This document shows positions 1 to 11,102 of a stretch of DNA of 64,000 nucleotides, in pieces (within the stretch, counting starts at the first letter, position 1; each line of letters begins with the position of its first letter). The position numbers were made by a program, and so were the translations under genes. The DNA comes from Plasmodiophora brassicae (taxonomy: Eukaryota). Location of the stretch: assembly GCA_036867785.1 (NCBI GenBank), contig CP145417.1, positions 682,001 to 746,000 on the forward strand, written 5' to 3'. Under the pieces are notes generated by a model. That model made no database searches and was not told where the DNA came from. It was given only the letters and a program-made list of their open reading frames with translations.

Positions 1-369
1 TTACCATACTCGCCCTATGCTACTTCCGCAAGTACCGGTCTGCCGGAACGCCAAAGGACATCAACCCACCTCCATATTCCCCAAGTTAACCTATAACGCT
101 GCCCAGTTTGGGATACACATCAGGGTTTGGTGCAACGGTCACGGACACACGGGAGGGCCGGGCCCACCAAAAAATACCGCAACATTTGCGGCGTCACAGT
201 CGAAAGGTTCTTATCCTTTTTGGGAGCCCCGTCGAACGGGGTTTCCAGTCTCAGGCACTGCGCAGGATCGGGACGCGGCGGCCGGTGGGGCCGGTGGCGT
301 GCGCGTCAAACCCATCTCGGGCGGCGGCCAGGCGGCGGTCGCGGTACTGGGCAGGGCGACGCGCGCGCG

Positions 370-2316
370 ATGTGGTATTCATTCACGTTGATGGACGCGC
401 TCGAAGCACTGCTCGTCGCCGTCGGCGTCGTTCTCCTGGTCGCGTACTGGTTCGACTCGCGGTCGACGCCCGTCGGGAAGCGCCTGCGCGCGCAGCCGTC
501 GTCGAGGGCGGGGCCGACGGCGTCCGCCGCCGTCGCGCGCGCCCCGAAACCAACGGGCCCGCCCATCACGATCCTGTTCGGATCACAGGCGGGCACGGGT
601 GAGTCGTTTGCGCGCGGGTTCGGGAAGGAAGCCGCGCGGCGAGGGTTCGCGCCGCATGTTCGCGATGTGGAAGGGTACAACGTCCTTCAGGAGCTGCCCC
701 AGGAGCGCCTCCTGATTCTGTTCATCTCGACGCATGGCGAAGGCGATCCGCCGGACAGCGCCGTCGAGTTTGACGAATGCCTGATGGGCGACGATGCGCC
801 CAAGTTGCCTGCCGAGCTGACGTTCGCCGTGTTCGGGCTTGGCAACAGGCAGTACGAGCACTTCAACGCCATGGGCAAGAAGATCGACGGGCGGCTCGAG
901 GAGCTGGGCGCGACCCGATTGTTGCCGCTCGGCCTCGGTGACGACAACGGGTGCATCGAAGAGGACAACGAGAACTGGAGGTTGGCGTTATGGCCGCTGG
1001 TACACAAGCACCTCGGCGTGCCCGACGTCGAATCGACGCCTACCGTTCCCGTCTTCGAGCCTGGCTATCGCATCGTCTGGGCGCCCGACCTGAAATCGGG
1101 CAGTCTCTCGTTCAGAAACCGACGCACGTCGCTGTCGACGCAGTCGACGCATCGTCTGCTCAGCGTCGATTCGGTGCGGACGCTGACGTCGCCTGACGCT
1201 GAAGCCAGCGTCGTCCATGTCGTGTTCGACATCACTGACCTGTCGCTGTCGTACCGTACGGCGGATAACCTCGGCGTCCACCCGAGGAACGACCATGCCG
1301 TTGTTGCACGCCTCTGCAAGCGGCTGGGTGTCAAGGGCGATGACGTGTTCACGTTGAAGCGCATCAAGTTTGGGACCGACAAGAAGTTGCCGGTGCCGAC
1401 GCCGTGCAGTGTGGCCGATGCCCTGCTGTGGCACATGGACCTGATGAACCCACCGGGCAAGTCGTTCATCGGGTTCCTGTCGCAGTACGCCACCGATGAA
1501 GGCGAGAAGATTCGCCTGGCGAATATGTCGTTGCCGGGCGGCAAGGACGACTACCACGAGCACCTGGTCGTGGACAAGAAGACCATTCCGGAACTGCTGG
1601 ACATGTTCCAGTCGGTCCAGCCGCCGTTCGAGCACTTCCTCGAGGAGTGCCCGTCCCTTCAGCCGCGTATGTTCACGATCGCGTCGTCACCCAGGGCCAC
1701 GCCGAACCAGATCCACCTGACGGTGGCGGTCGAGCGCACAGAGAAGGCGCGCGGCCGCGTTCACCACGGCGTCTGCTCGACGTTCCTGTCCGAATTGCAA
1801 CCCGGGCGGCACTGCGTCAGCGCATTCGTCCGCCAGTCGTCGTTCTTCCTGCCCGAGGACCGTTCGATCCCCGTCGTCATGATCGGCCCCGGCACCGGGA
1901 TCGCCCCGTTCCGCGCGTTCATCCAGGAGGGTATGTCGCGTGGCGGGCCCCTGGACTGGCACCTGTTCTTCGGGTGCCGGTATGCGGATCGCGATTTCCT
2001 GTACAAGGACGAACTGGAGGAAGCCGAGCGGGTCGGCGTCCTGAAGGGCCTGTACGTCGCCGTGTCGCGGCAGGACCCGAACAGGAAGGTCTATGTCCAG
2101 GATCTGATCCTGGAGAAGAAGGAGATGATCTGGGACCTGGTCGACAAGCGCCAGGCGCTGTTCTTCCTGTGTGGTTCCACAGGCATGGGCAAGGGCGTCC
2201 GCGATGCGCTGCGCGCCATCATCCAGGAGTGCTCGTCGTGCAGCGAGGACGACGCGACCGCATACCTGAAGAAGCTCAGCGACGCTGGGCGCTTCGTATC
2301 CGAACTCTGGGGTTGA
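370..2316 (+). CDS. NADPH-cytochrome P450 reductase-like diflavin reductase, single exon
   Basis: N-terminal TM anchor. FMN motifs ILFGSQAGTGESFA, STHGEGDPPDSA and FGLGNRQYEHFN; FAD/NADPH motifs RMFTIASSP, MIGPGTGIAPFRAF, LFFGCR and KVYVQD; C-terminal ELWG. Start placed at ATG 370 (alternative 391). Confidence 0.92.
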   Translation: MWYSFTLMDALEALLVAVGVVLLVAYWFDSRSTPVGKRLRAQPSSRAGPTASAAVARAPKPTGPPITILFGSQAGTGESFARGFGKEAARRGFAPHVRDVEGYNVLQELPQERLLILFISTHGEGDPPDSAVEFDECLMGDDAPKLPAELTFAVFGLGNRQYEHFNAMGKKIDGRLEELGATRLLPLGLGDDNGCIEEDNENWRLALWPLVHKHLGVPDVESTPTVPVFEPGYRIVWAPDLKSGSLSFRNRRTSLSTQSTHRLLSVDSVRTLTSPDAEASVVHVVFDITDLSLSYRTADNLGVHPRNDHAVVARLCKRLGVKGDDVFTLKRIKFGTDKKLPVPTPCSVADALLWHMDLMNPPGKSFIGFLSQYATDEGEKIRLANMSLPGGKDDYHEHLVVDKKTIPELLDMFQSVQPPFEHFLEECPSLQPRMFTIASSPRATPNQIHLTVAVERTEKARGRVHHGVCSTFLSELQPGRHCVSAFVRQSSFFLPEDRSIPVVMIGPGTGIAPFRAFIQEGMSRGGPLDWHLFFGCRYADRDFLYKDELEEAERVGVLKGLYVAVSRQDPNRKVYVQDLILEKKEMIWDLVDKRQALFFLCGSTGMGKGVRDALRAIIQECSSCSEDDATAYLKKLSDAGRFVSELWG

Positions 2317-2339
2317 GTACCGCATCCCGCCCGTACACT

Positions 2340-3010
2340 TATCTATCTGGCATGCTGTATAAAGTTGTCGTCGCCCCACTCGCAAACCCGCCTCGTGTGT
2401 GCACCGGAACAGCAGTGACTCACGACGCGACCGGACCGGATCACGGAAGCGGGTTCGAAGCAGCACCACCAGCAGCACTGTGCCAATGCCAGCGAAAGCG
2501 TCATCCAAGCCAAGGGGGCGCGTGTCTCGGTTCCTGCTGTCCACGCGAGCGGATGCGGTCCTCGCCCGGCATCGCCGTCGCATGACGGAACCGGGCAGTA
2601 CGAAGCGCTCCCGGGCGTCGATCGCCTCGAGGACGCTGACTGGTGACGGTGGCGATGCGTCGCCCCAGTACGAGGACGTCTGCGCTATCAGCGACCCTGG
2701 CACGGAATCGTCATCATCGTCACCGTCGTCTGGGGAACACACTGTCCGCGTACTGGGTTCCGATGTCTTCCGTCGCGTTCGCACAGACGACGAGTGCTCC
2801 ACGACCGCATCGCCGTCGTCGTCGTCGTCGTCAGACTCCGCGAAAGCATTCCCATTCGTTCCATACCCGGTGTCGACAGCCGCCTCCTGTACTGTGCCAA
2901 GCCAGCCTGCACCGACCGGGGAACCTGAACAACGTCGTCCACCCGGCACGCAGCGCGCCCGCCTCATCTCAACGTTCCGTGCCGTCTTCTCGTCCAGCAA
3001 CACGTAGCAG
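2340..3010 (-). CDS. hypothetical acidic low-complexity protein, boundaries uncertain
   Basis: Open minus-strand frame with Asp runs (ESDDDDDDGD, DDGDDDDD) filling the gap between two plus-strand genes. No recognisable domain; start, stop and introns unresolved. Confidence 0.3.
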
Positions 3011-3146
3011 TGCCCTCGCACCGAGACAATAAACCATCCGGATCTGCCAGCACGACCTGGTGCTGATATGCCTCTCTGCGTCAGCAGATAAATATCTGGG
3101 CGCGCGTGCGGTTCGTCAGGTCCAGGGCGCGGCGGCGGCCATCGCG

Positions 3147-3746
3147 ATGCCCAGCAGCCTGCCGCACCTGGTCCCGGGGCGGAACAACGAGTTCGGCCGG
3201 GCCCTGGCACGAACCGCCTCGCTGACCTACGTCCAGAAACTGGGCCAGAAGCCGTATGGCACGCTCCTGCACAAATCCATGGTCGCCGAGCGCCAGTTTG
3301 AATGCACGAGGCGCAGCGCGCTGCCGCCCGCGATCGCGATCCGAGGCGTCGGCGAGTTTCGCCACGAGAACGCGGAGACGCTGTCGTCCCGAACCGACCC
3401 GACCAAATGGGTCTGGGGCGACCTGAACCGGACCAGGCGCCCGAAGGCGTTGTACATCAACAACATGATCAAACCGAGGGACAGGGATGCACCGCCGCTG
3501 GCCCCGGTCGGGGACGACCGCCTTGGCAACCGGGCCGCCCTTATCCTCCAGCGCTGGCAGTCCGCCAACGACCTCGTCAAGGCCGGCCGCGGCCGATTCG
3601 GCAAGGTCGACGTGGTACGACGCGAGAACGCCGGCCTCGCCAACGCCGACATGTTCACGATCATGAGGGGCGCCGAGTTCACGCCCAGCAAGCGACCGGA
3701 GCACCTGCGCCCCCCGGTGCCCACGCCGAGGCACTTCCTCTGGTAG
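3147..3746 (+). CDS. hypothetical basic protein (199 aa)
   Basis: ATG 3147 to TAG 3746, GC3-rich coding-like codon usage, no recognisable domain. Confidence 0.6.
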   Translation: MPSSLPHLVPGRNNEFGRALARTASLTYVQKLGQKPYGTLLHKSMVAERQFECTRRSALPPAIAIRGVGEFRHENAETLSSRTDPTKWVWGDLNRTRRPKALYINNMIKPRDRDAPPLAPVGDDRLGNRAALILQRWQSANDLVKAGRGRFGKVDVVRRENAGLANADMFTIMRGAEFTPSKRPEHLRPPVPTPRHFLW

Positions 3747-3837
3747 CAGCGCGCCCCCCATTACTATTACACGATAATCGGTGTATTCGCCGGGTCGCTC
3801 GTCGGCAGCAGCCGAACGCCACCGCCTGTCAGAAGCG

Positions 3838-6800
3838 TCAGCCGCACGATAACGCACGACGGAACGAGTACGAACGTTGGGTGACGAGCGCGATGGACCG
3901 GGCGGGAGGGTCGACGGCCTCCGCTTTGGGAACGGCGAACGTCCCGGTGCCGATCGCGACAACCGGGAACGCCTCCTGCCAGCAGGTCAGGACGCGAAGG
4001 TTGCCACTGTCGACGCCGATCTGTGTGATCCTTTCGGGGGGCGTCAACGAGCGGCAGCGGGTCTAACGCTGACAGGTCTACCGGTTGGAGAAGGCAGAGC
4101 TGATCAGCAGGCAACGGTCGGTGACCCAGCGGATCACCAGAGGCGTGCCGATCGTGTCGCAGGCCAGGGCGTCCACCTGCTGCAGGCCGACACTGTCATC
4201 GTCGGCGACGACGACTTGCGACAGGATCAGGTTGGGTTGCCCGGCGTGCCGGCAGAGCAGGACCCAGGGCCAGCACGCGCTCAGCGACACTGACGCCGGC
4301 TGCGTCGACGGCCACGAGCACTGCCCCGCCCGGTGGATACGCGAACCAGTGCACTGCCAGATCGACAACCGGTCGTAGGACGCGATCGCGAGCAGGTTGT
4401 CGTGAACGGGTTGCCCGGCCAGCATCGACCCGGTGCCGACGATCGTGCTGGCCTGGAGGCGCATCGACCCGTTCCGATGCACGTCATGCAACGAGAGGAG
4501 GTGGGCGTCGTCGGTCCTGCTGAGGATCGCCAGGAGCTCCACAGCGCCCACCCGCACAGGGAACAGGTCGACGAGGGCGTGCTGGAACCGACTGGAGCCG
4601 ACCAGGGCGACGGGCGCCCGCGTGTACACGTGCACGGACGCGTCCGCGTTGCCGATGACGATCGTGTCGCTCTGCTCGAGGTGCACCAGCGACCTGGGGC
4701 AGGACCCCTCGGCGAGGTTCGTGACGACCTGCTGCAGGGCGCTGGGGGCGCGTTCCAGACGGGCAACGAACAGGCGCCCGTCGCTCGACGTCGTCTGCAT
4801 CAGCAGCCGAGACGTGTTGTCAACGGGGGCAATGACGCGCGGGACGCCGTCGACGTGAATTCGTGTGGCCGACCAGGCCCCGTTGTCGTTCGTGATCGCG
4901 ACCGGGTCGTCTGACCACGCGATCGCCGTGTCGTCGCCGCACAGGCAGATGGAGACGGGGCCCTGCCCGCCGACGATGAACGCCTGCACCAGGCGCAGGC
5001 GGTCATCGTCGGCGACGTCGTAGACGAGCAGACCGCCGTCGTCGGTCCCGACCAGCACGCCCCCACCGACCATGAACACGATGCTGGTCACGTCGAACTC
5101 CACAGGAACGGATCCGACGCTGGACACTGGTTACAATTGGCGATCGGTCCCGTGACGTCGACTTACATGGCCAGGCGGTCGCCAACGATCTCGCAGAGCA
5201 GCAACCGGGCGGCATCAGCCACGATAGTACACGACCGGGAGCGCATGGCGAGACAGGTGGCCAGCAGGCCGTCGTACGAGGCGACGACGTTGACCAGCAT
5301 ACGCGCCCGGTCGAGCGCCAGGACCTGGATCCCGTGTCGGGTGGCAATGACAATCACGTCGCCGTCGTTCGCCGCCTGCACGATCTCGAACGAGTCGGGC
5401 GCCCAGGACGACCTCAACCGGTACGGCGGCCCGCGTTCAACGATCCGTACGTCGTCCTCGCTGACGACCAGGAGCGCATCGTCGACGACGTCGGCGTGGA
5501 CCACGACGAGTGCCGGGTCGATGGCAGCGGCGTCAACCGGTTCGAGATCGGACGACGCCGCGTCCCACCGATACACCTGCGTGCCATCGCTGCCCGACGC
5601 GATCACGAGCGAGCCGACGACGACGACCCGGCGCGCCTGGAAACGCAGGTCGCGCTCGACGCGGACGGCCAGGTCGGTGACCAGGCACCGAATGATCGAT
5701 TGCCCGGTACAGACGTACAACGCGTCGTCGACCGTGCAACTGGCACTGGCGCCGTTCAATGCGCTCGGCGACAGGACGCGGACGACATCGACCCTGGCGC
5801 CGGGTGCGTCGTTGGCGGCAGCGAACAGGGACGACCCGGAGGAGCTTCCCAGGAACAGGCGTGCCGGGGTCACACAGGCGATCACGTCGATGGGATCGGC
5901 GCGATCATGCAGTGCAAGACGATGAAGCGCGAACGTGTGCGGCGTGTTGATGAGCCGGTAGACGCTGCCGTCCGAGCAGCCGACCAGGAACTCGTCAGGG
6001 CGGCCCGATGACGACAGGCAGGTCGGGGTGAAGAGCGCGTCGTCGTCGACGACAACGACCTTGACCTTACGGGACGTGTCGGTGACGTGAATGATGTCAC
6101 GTGATCCGACGCAGATGACGCCGGTGGCAGTGGCGATCAGACGTCGTGACGATGGGTCGATGTCGCGGACACGGTATGGGCCATCGTGGACGCGACGACG
6201 ACCGACCACGCAGGTGGACAGTTCGACGCTGTCGCCGTTCGAGGAACACAGCAGAGCGACGACCGGTCGTCCAGTGTGATCGGCCGCGGGCAGCGGCGCC
6301 AGGTCGATGACGTTGCTGTATGGAACAGGGAGGTTGCGGGTCCGGATGCCATCGGATGTCACCTGGCCATGCATGGGTCAGTGCAGGTGCGATAACGGCG
6401 CGCGCAGCGAAGGCACACCTCGACCAGGGTCAGGCACGTCCGATAAACAACGACGACGAGGCTCGCCATGATACCAGGCGACTTTGTGGGCAGGTTGGCC
6501 ACAATCGCCGGCATCAGTCTCTACGTCAATCAAACCGCACGTCTCTCGAATGAGGCACGGGTTCGGAATCGCACACCGGCGGTCGATTACGATGGGCGTT
6601 CCGGGAGGTGGGGGAGCAAGAGCGCCGTCGTAGACGGTTTCGAGGCCCGAGGCTGACCAGCGAACCAGACGTATGCGAAGGTCGGCGAACAGCGCAGCAA
6701 TGGCGTCGGTTTCACTGCATTCGAATGAGCCACAGCGACGTGCCGCGGTCCCAGGATTCTCAACGGGGCACCGTACGATGGCGGAATGCGAACCGGGCAC

Positions 6801-6842
6801 AACGCGATGATGTTGAACCGAGAAAGCGGCGCGGACCCGCAT
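3838..6842 (-). CDS. divergent DDB1/CPSF160/SF3B3-family beta-propeller protein, multi-exon
   Basis: Segments resemble DDB1: RIRLVRWSASGLETV, NVIDLAPL..RPVVALL, DGPYRVRDIDPSSRRLIA..GVICVG, FLVGCSDG, LFLGSSSGSS, GSCPRSLVHL. Several GT-AG introns. 3' end uncertain (3838 or 3767). Confidence 0.65.
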
Positions 6843-7267
6843 TGTCGAACCGGGCGCGAGGCCGTCCAGGTCCAGACCTCCAGGGCGCGGTCCTGCAGCG
6901 TATGAACGGGTCAGCCGAGAACCCGACCAGGAGGACATCGCTGATGAAACGGTACATTCGCAAGTGCCAGCTGATCACCGATCTGGTCCTTCAGGAAACG
7001 CCCACGAACGCAGGCAGTGACAACGCCTTCGGCGATGACCGACGTCATGCACAAGTCGCCACGACGTGCCCTGTGCCTTGCAGCATATATCATCTGTCTT
7101 CGCTGCTCGCCGTTCGATGGGTTGGCCAGGATGTCGGGCTTGGCATGCCGTTTCATGTCGACGGTGCCACCGGGGTCACTTTCGGTGAACCGGGTTCCCC
7201 TGAGACGAGGATGACGCTATTACGCAGTCCGTGGAAACTGCAGTGCTGACACGGCGTCCGACAATCG

Positions 7268-8653
7268 ATGCCGATGAAACGCGTGCGCGTCGTGTTCCGG
7301 TCGCGGGAGCCCGATCGCGTGTCGGCCACCCTACCGGCCCCGAGTGCCATGCTCATTCGGGACGATGTGCAGACGGTGCGCGATGTGGTTGAGGCGATCC
7401 GATCGCGGTTTCCCGTCCTTCGCGCGTGCGAGCTGTCAATGGAGCTGGGGTCGTTTGCCGTCCTTGACACGGAGGACGCGTCCATCATCAGAGACGATGA
7501 AACGATTGGCATTGTGGCGTCGTATCAGCGTCGACGCGACGTGAAACACACTCCTCCTCCTCCTCCCCCTCCTCCTGAAACTGCCGACATGTCCGCCTCC
7601 GATTCATCGTCGTCCATTGCCGAGCCTGTCTCAGGTGGACGCACCTTGGCCTCTAACGCCCCATCAAAGGAAGTGTCTGGGCTCGACGCGAAATCGCTTC
7701 GAAAGATCGAGAAGCATCGAGCGAGACGAATTAAGGTGCGGATGAACCGGAAGCTAGGTCGCCGTGAACGGGAAGGTGCAGCGGTCGGTTCCTTCGTGGT
7801 CATGACGGATGACGCTGTTTCGCCTCCGACGCCTGCACAGAACATCGATCGAGGCACCGATTCCGTGCCGAAAGCGTTTTCTCGCACGGCTCAAGTCGAG
7901 GGGAAGCGGGTCCTACCTCGAGGGCATTTCCGGTTCACGGATACGCCTGACGTTGTCGAAAAGGTTTCAGCCGATGTGGCCGTTGAAGTCCCATCGAACA
8001 TCAGGGTCGATCGTGCGAAGCGCGCTAGCAACTTCAGCTTCAGGATGATCGAGGAGGGTGACGTTGACGAGGCTGCGGACGAGCAACCGGAGGAGCAACC
8101 GGAACCACCATGTGAGCAGACTGACGAAGGCGCCATCGCCGAGGTTGCAGTACCCGAAGAAACCGCCGATCAAACGTTGCTGATGACTACCATGGCCATT
8201 CGCGGTGCGAACTTCTTCGCTCCTCGCACGTTGAGTTACTATGGGTTGTCGAACGAGGGTCAAGCACCGGCGGGCGGTGAAACGCCTACCGAGGTCCAGA
8301 CGCGATATGAGACACTCCCCGTCATCAGCGACTTACGTGACCTGGGTCGCGATTGCGTCATTGCTTTCAAGGAGCTGGAGATTGTCGCGTGGTCGCCGCA
8401 GCTGTCCGCGTTTAAAACGGCCACCGTTGTGGAATCCTGTCACGAATCCAAAACGCTGGACGTTGTCACCCGCGGCGGCGAGCGGCGGCGCGTCGAGTAC
8501 AACAGCATGCACGACGTCCGACTCGTGTCCGGCGACCTACAATCGAGCCGCTCGATCGACCATGACCTCATCGCGGCGCTGCAGGCCAGGAGAGCCGAGG
8601 TCATGGCGCATACGATCGGGCCGCAGCAACCGGGTGGCGTCGCTGGGGCGTAA
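7268..8653 (+). CDS. coilin-like protein
   Basis: N-terminal coilin-type fold (RVRVVF...TVRDVVEAIRSRF...GSFAVLDTEDASIIRDDETI), basic NLS-like linker, and C-terminal Tudor-like segment YETLPVI...IAFKELEIVAWSPQLSAFKTATV resembling coilin [22 protein letters not shown]. Confidence 0.75.
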   Translation: MPMKRVRVVFRSREPDRVSATLPAPSAMLIRDDVQTVRDVVEAIRSRFPVLRACELSMELGSFAVLDTEDASIIRDDETIGIVASYQRRRDVKHTPPPPPPPPETADMSASDSSSSIAEPVSGGRTLASNAPSKEVSGLDAKSLRKIEKHRARRIKVRMNRKLGRREREGAAVGSFVVMTDDAVSPPTPAQNIDRGTDSVPKAFSRTAQVEGKRVLPRGHFRFTDTPDVVEKVSADVAVEVPSNIRVDRAKRASNFSFRMIEEGDVDEAADEQPEEQPEPPCEQTDEGAIAEVAVPEETADQTLLMTTMAIRGANFFAPRTLSYYGLSNEGQAPAGGETPTEVQTRYETLPVISDLRDLGRDCVIAFKELEIVAWSPQLSAFKTATVVESCHESKTLDVVTRGGERRRVEYNSMHDVRLVSGDLQSSRSIDHDLIAALQARRAEVMAHTIGPQQPGGVAGA

Positions 8654-8887
8654 CCCTGCAGCGAATAAACGTAATAGCGGAATGGCGTCGCTGCCCGCCG
8701 CCGCGCTCACTATGTCGTTGTTGTCCTGCCGGACAAGACGGTCGGTAGTGAGTCGATGGCAGAGAGGACCGTTTTGGGGCGTCGCCAGTCGACTCGCGTC
8801 TGCTGCGGTGCGGCGGTGGCCGTGCGGCGTCTCCGTCTGGCCCTCACACTGCAATTGGGGCGGTGTGCCGGGTGCGGGAGGGGAGTC

Positions 8888-11051
8888 ATGTCCGCGTGGT
8901 CGAAGGTCCTGTCGCGGTTCGGCACGGAGGCGCGTCGCGCGACCGCGGTGACCGGACGATGGAAGATGGCGCTGCCGGCGGTCGCGGGTACGGCCCTGCC
9001 CGGCGGGTCCGCTGCGCATGGCTCTGACGTCGTGTCGGTGCAGCGCATTTGTGCATCGGGTCGCCGTATGCGTGGAGCTTGATTGCGGATCCGATGACGC
9101 GCGAGCTCGGTATCGTCTCGTCGGCGGCTGGCGATTGGGGTCTGCCCGCCACCGCTGGCGTCCTGTCGGTCACGTTCGCGTTTCAGGTACGCGCTCCATA
9201 TCCGACTCGGCGTTGTATCCCGGCTCAGTCTATGTGTTGCCAGGGGTTGACAGCGGCCGCTCTTGGCAACTGGCAGAACCGTGTCGGTCCTACGATCTCC
9301 GTTGGCGCTGCGGCGCTCTGCTTCGGCAGCGGTCTCATGTCTGACGCCGCTTTGTCCTCTGGTCGTGGACACGGATAACCAGTGGCGGACAGGTTGGCCG
9401 GCGTCGGTGTCCTCAATCATTCGTTGCCGCTTGTCTACCTTGGATACGGTGTGCTAAGCGGGATCGGTGTCGGGCTGGCATACACGCCGCCTATCCAAGT
9501 CTGGCAACAACGTCCGCCCAGGGCCTCATCCGTGTCCTAATCTTCCGGCGTTCAGGTGCTCATGGAGTATTTCCCCGACCGAAAAGCGCTCGCATCCGGT
9601 GTCACGGTTGCAGGGTTCGGGTGTGGCGGGTTGCTGTTCGCCCCCCTGTCCGGCAAGCTCATGAGCATTTTCAAGAAGGACCCGACGTTGATTGGCGCGG
9701 AAGGCGCTGTGTCGACAGTGACCAAGAGCGGCCAGCTGTTTGCGGATACGCCGTCTGGTTTAGTTGAGGTCGTGCTGTCGTCTCCCTCGTGCGACCTTGC
9801 TCAGGGGTTCTACGCTGTCGGGACAGGTACACGCTGGAGGACTGTACTCGGTCCATGATTTACTGTTTGGTGTAGGCGGCACTGGAGTGGGCGAAACGCT
9901 CCTGTGTTGTGGAGCGCTCTACTTGACAACCCTACTCGGCTCAGCCTGGGGGCTTCGTAAGGCACCTGTCGGATATGAAGGGCCAAACCCTTTGCCGAAG
10001 CCCACGTCCGGCATCGAGGCCAATCTGCTTGAACGCGCGGTGCATTCCGACACGGTGATGAAGACGCCGCAGTTCTGGTCGTTGTTTACGACATTCTTCT
10101 GCACGATCTGTGGAGGCATGGCTCTGATCAGCGTCGCGAAACCGTTAATGATGCAAACGTTTTCGTCTGCCGTGCCTCTGCTTGTCACCCCGTTCGTCTC
10201 TTCAGCGTAATTCCCTACTGATTCCTCATGTCGCAAGTCTGTGTTTACGCTGGGACTCAGATTCGTCGTCGCCCTTTCTGCTGGAAACCTGGGCGGCCGT
10301 CTGTTCTGGCCATCCGTTGCGCAACGATACGGCTTCCGTAACACCGTGCACGTCATGACCCTGTCATCGGCCTTGCTCTTTGTTTCCCTGCCGAGTCTTG
10401 TTCGCATGGTTGCCGCGACACAGTCCGCGACGCCGTTCTATGGGTTCGTTGGCTCGTCCATTGCAATCGTATCCATCATGGGCGGCATTTACGCTCTTCT
10501 TCCGTAACCGAACTGTTCATGCTTGGCTCGGTGCCTCCTCTAAACTGTCACGCAGTGCCTATGAGTCAAAGAAGTTCGGCGCCAAGTACGTGGGCTCGAA
10601 TCATGGTAACGGAGCACGGCTCGAACTGTCGACGACCGCGTTCTAACGGCCGTTCATTGTGCCAGGGCGTATGCTTCTTGCCTCGACCGCGGCTTCAATT
10701 GCTGGCCCGGGCGCTCTTCTTAGCCTTCGCTCCCTGGCGACGGATACTGCGATGAACGATCTTCTGGCCAAGGTGGACCCTGCCACCTTCCAGGCCAAGT
10801 TCGGCGTTCCCGTTTCGCAGGCGCAGGAACTCGTGGCCAGCGGGACCTTGTCTTTACCAAGGCTGGCCGACTTGATCCCGAACACGGCCGATCCTTCCAT
10901 CTTCATCTACGACTCTACCATGTATTCCATGAGCGCCTTGATGCTGTTGGCGTTCGTCGCGCATGGTCGCCTGCGTCCCATCGACCCGAAATACTTCGAG
11001 AGCGCCGAAGAAGCCGCGTCTCGTGCGCCTCCTTCTGGCGGCCATCACTGA
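8888..11051 (+). CDS. MFS transporter, oxalate:formate antiporter (OFA)-like, multi-exon
   Basis: Spliced product contains HLCIGSPYAWS, YGVLSGIGVGLAYTPPIQ, FPDRKALASGVTVAGFGCGG, KTPQFWSL, NLGGRLFW and FGAKYVGSNHG; many TM helices; GT-AG introns. Confidence 0.9.
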
Positions 11052-11102
11052 GATCAGACGCATTGGGGGGTGCTGTTTCTCAATGCATATCCGGCCGGTT
11101 TG

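Noticed and set aside
127-369. 81-codon upstream extension of the CPR ORF
   Set aside because: Non-ATG start and no protein-like character; the TM anchor begins after ATG 370.
6420-6470. GC-AG intron in the DDB1-like gene
   Set aside because: A model using only GT-AG introns gives a plausible continuous frame.
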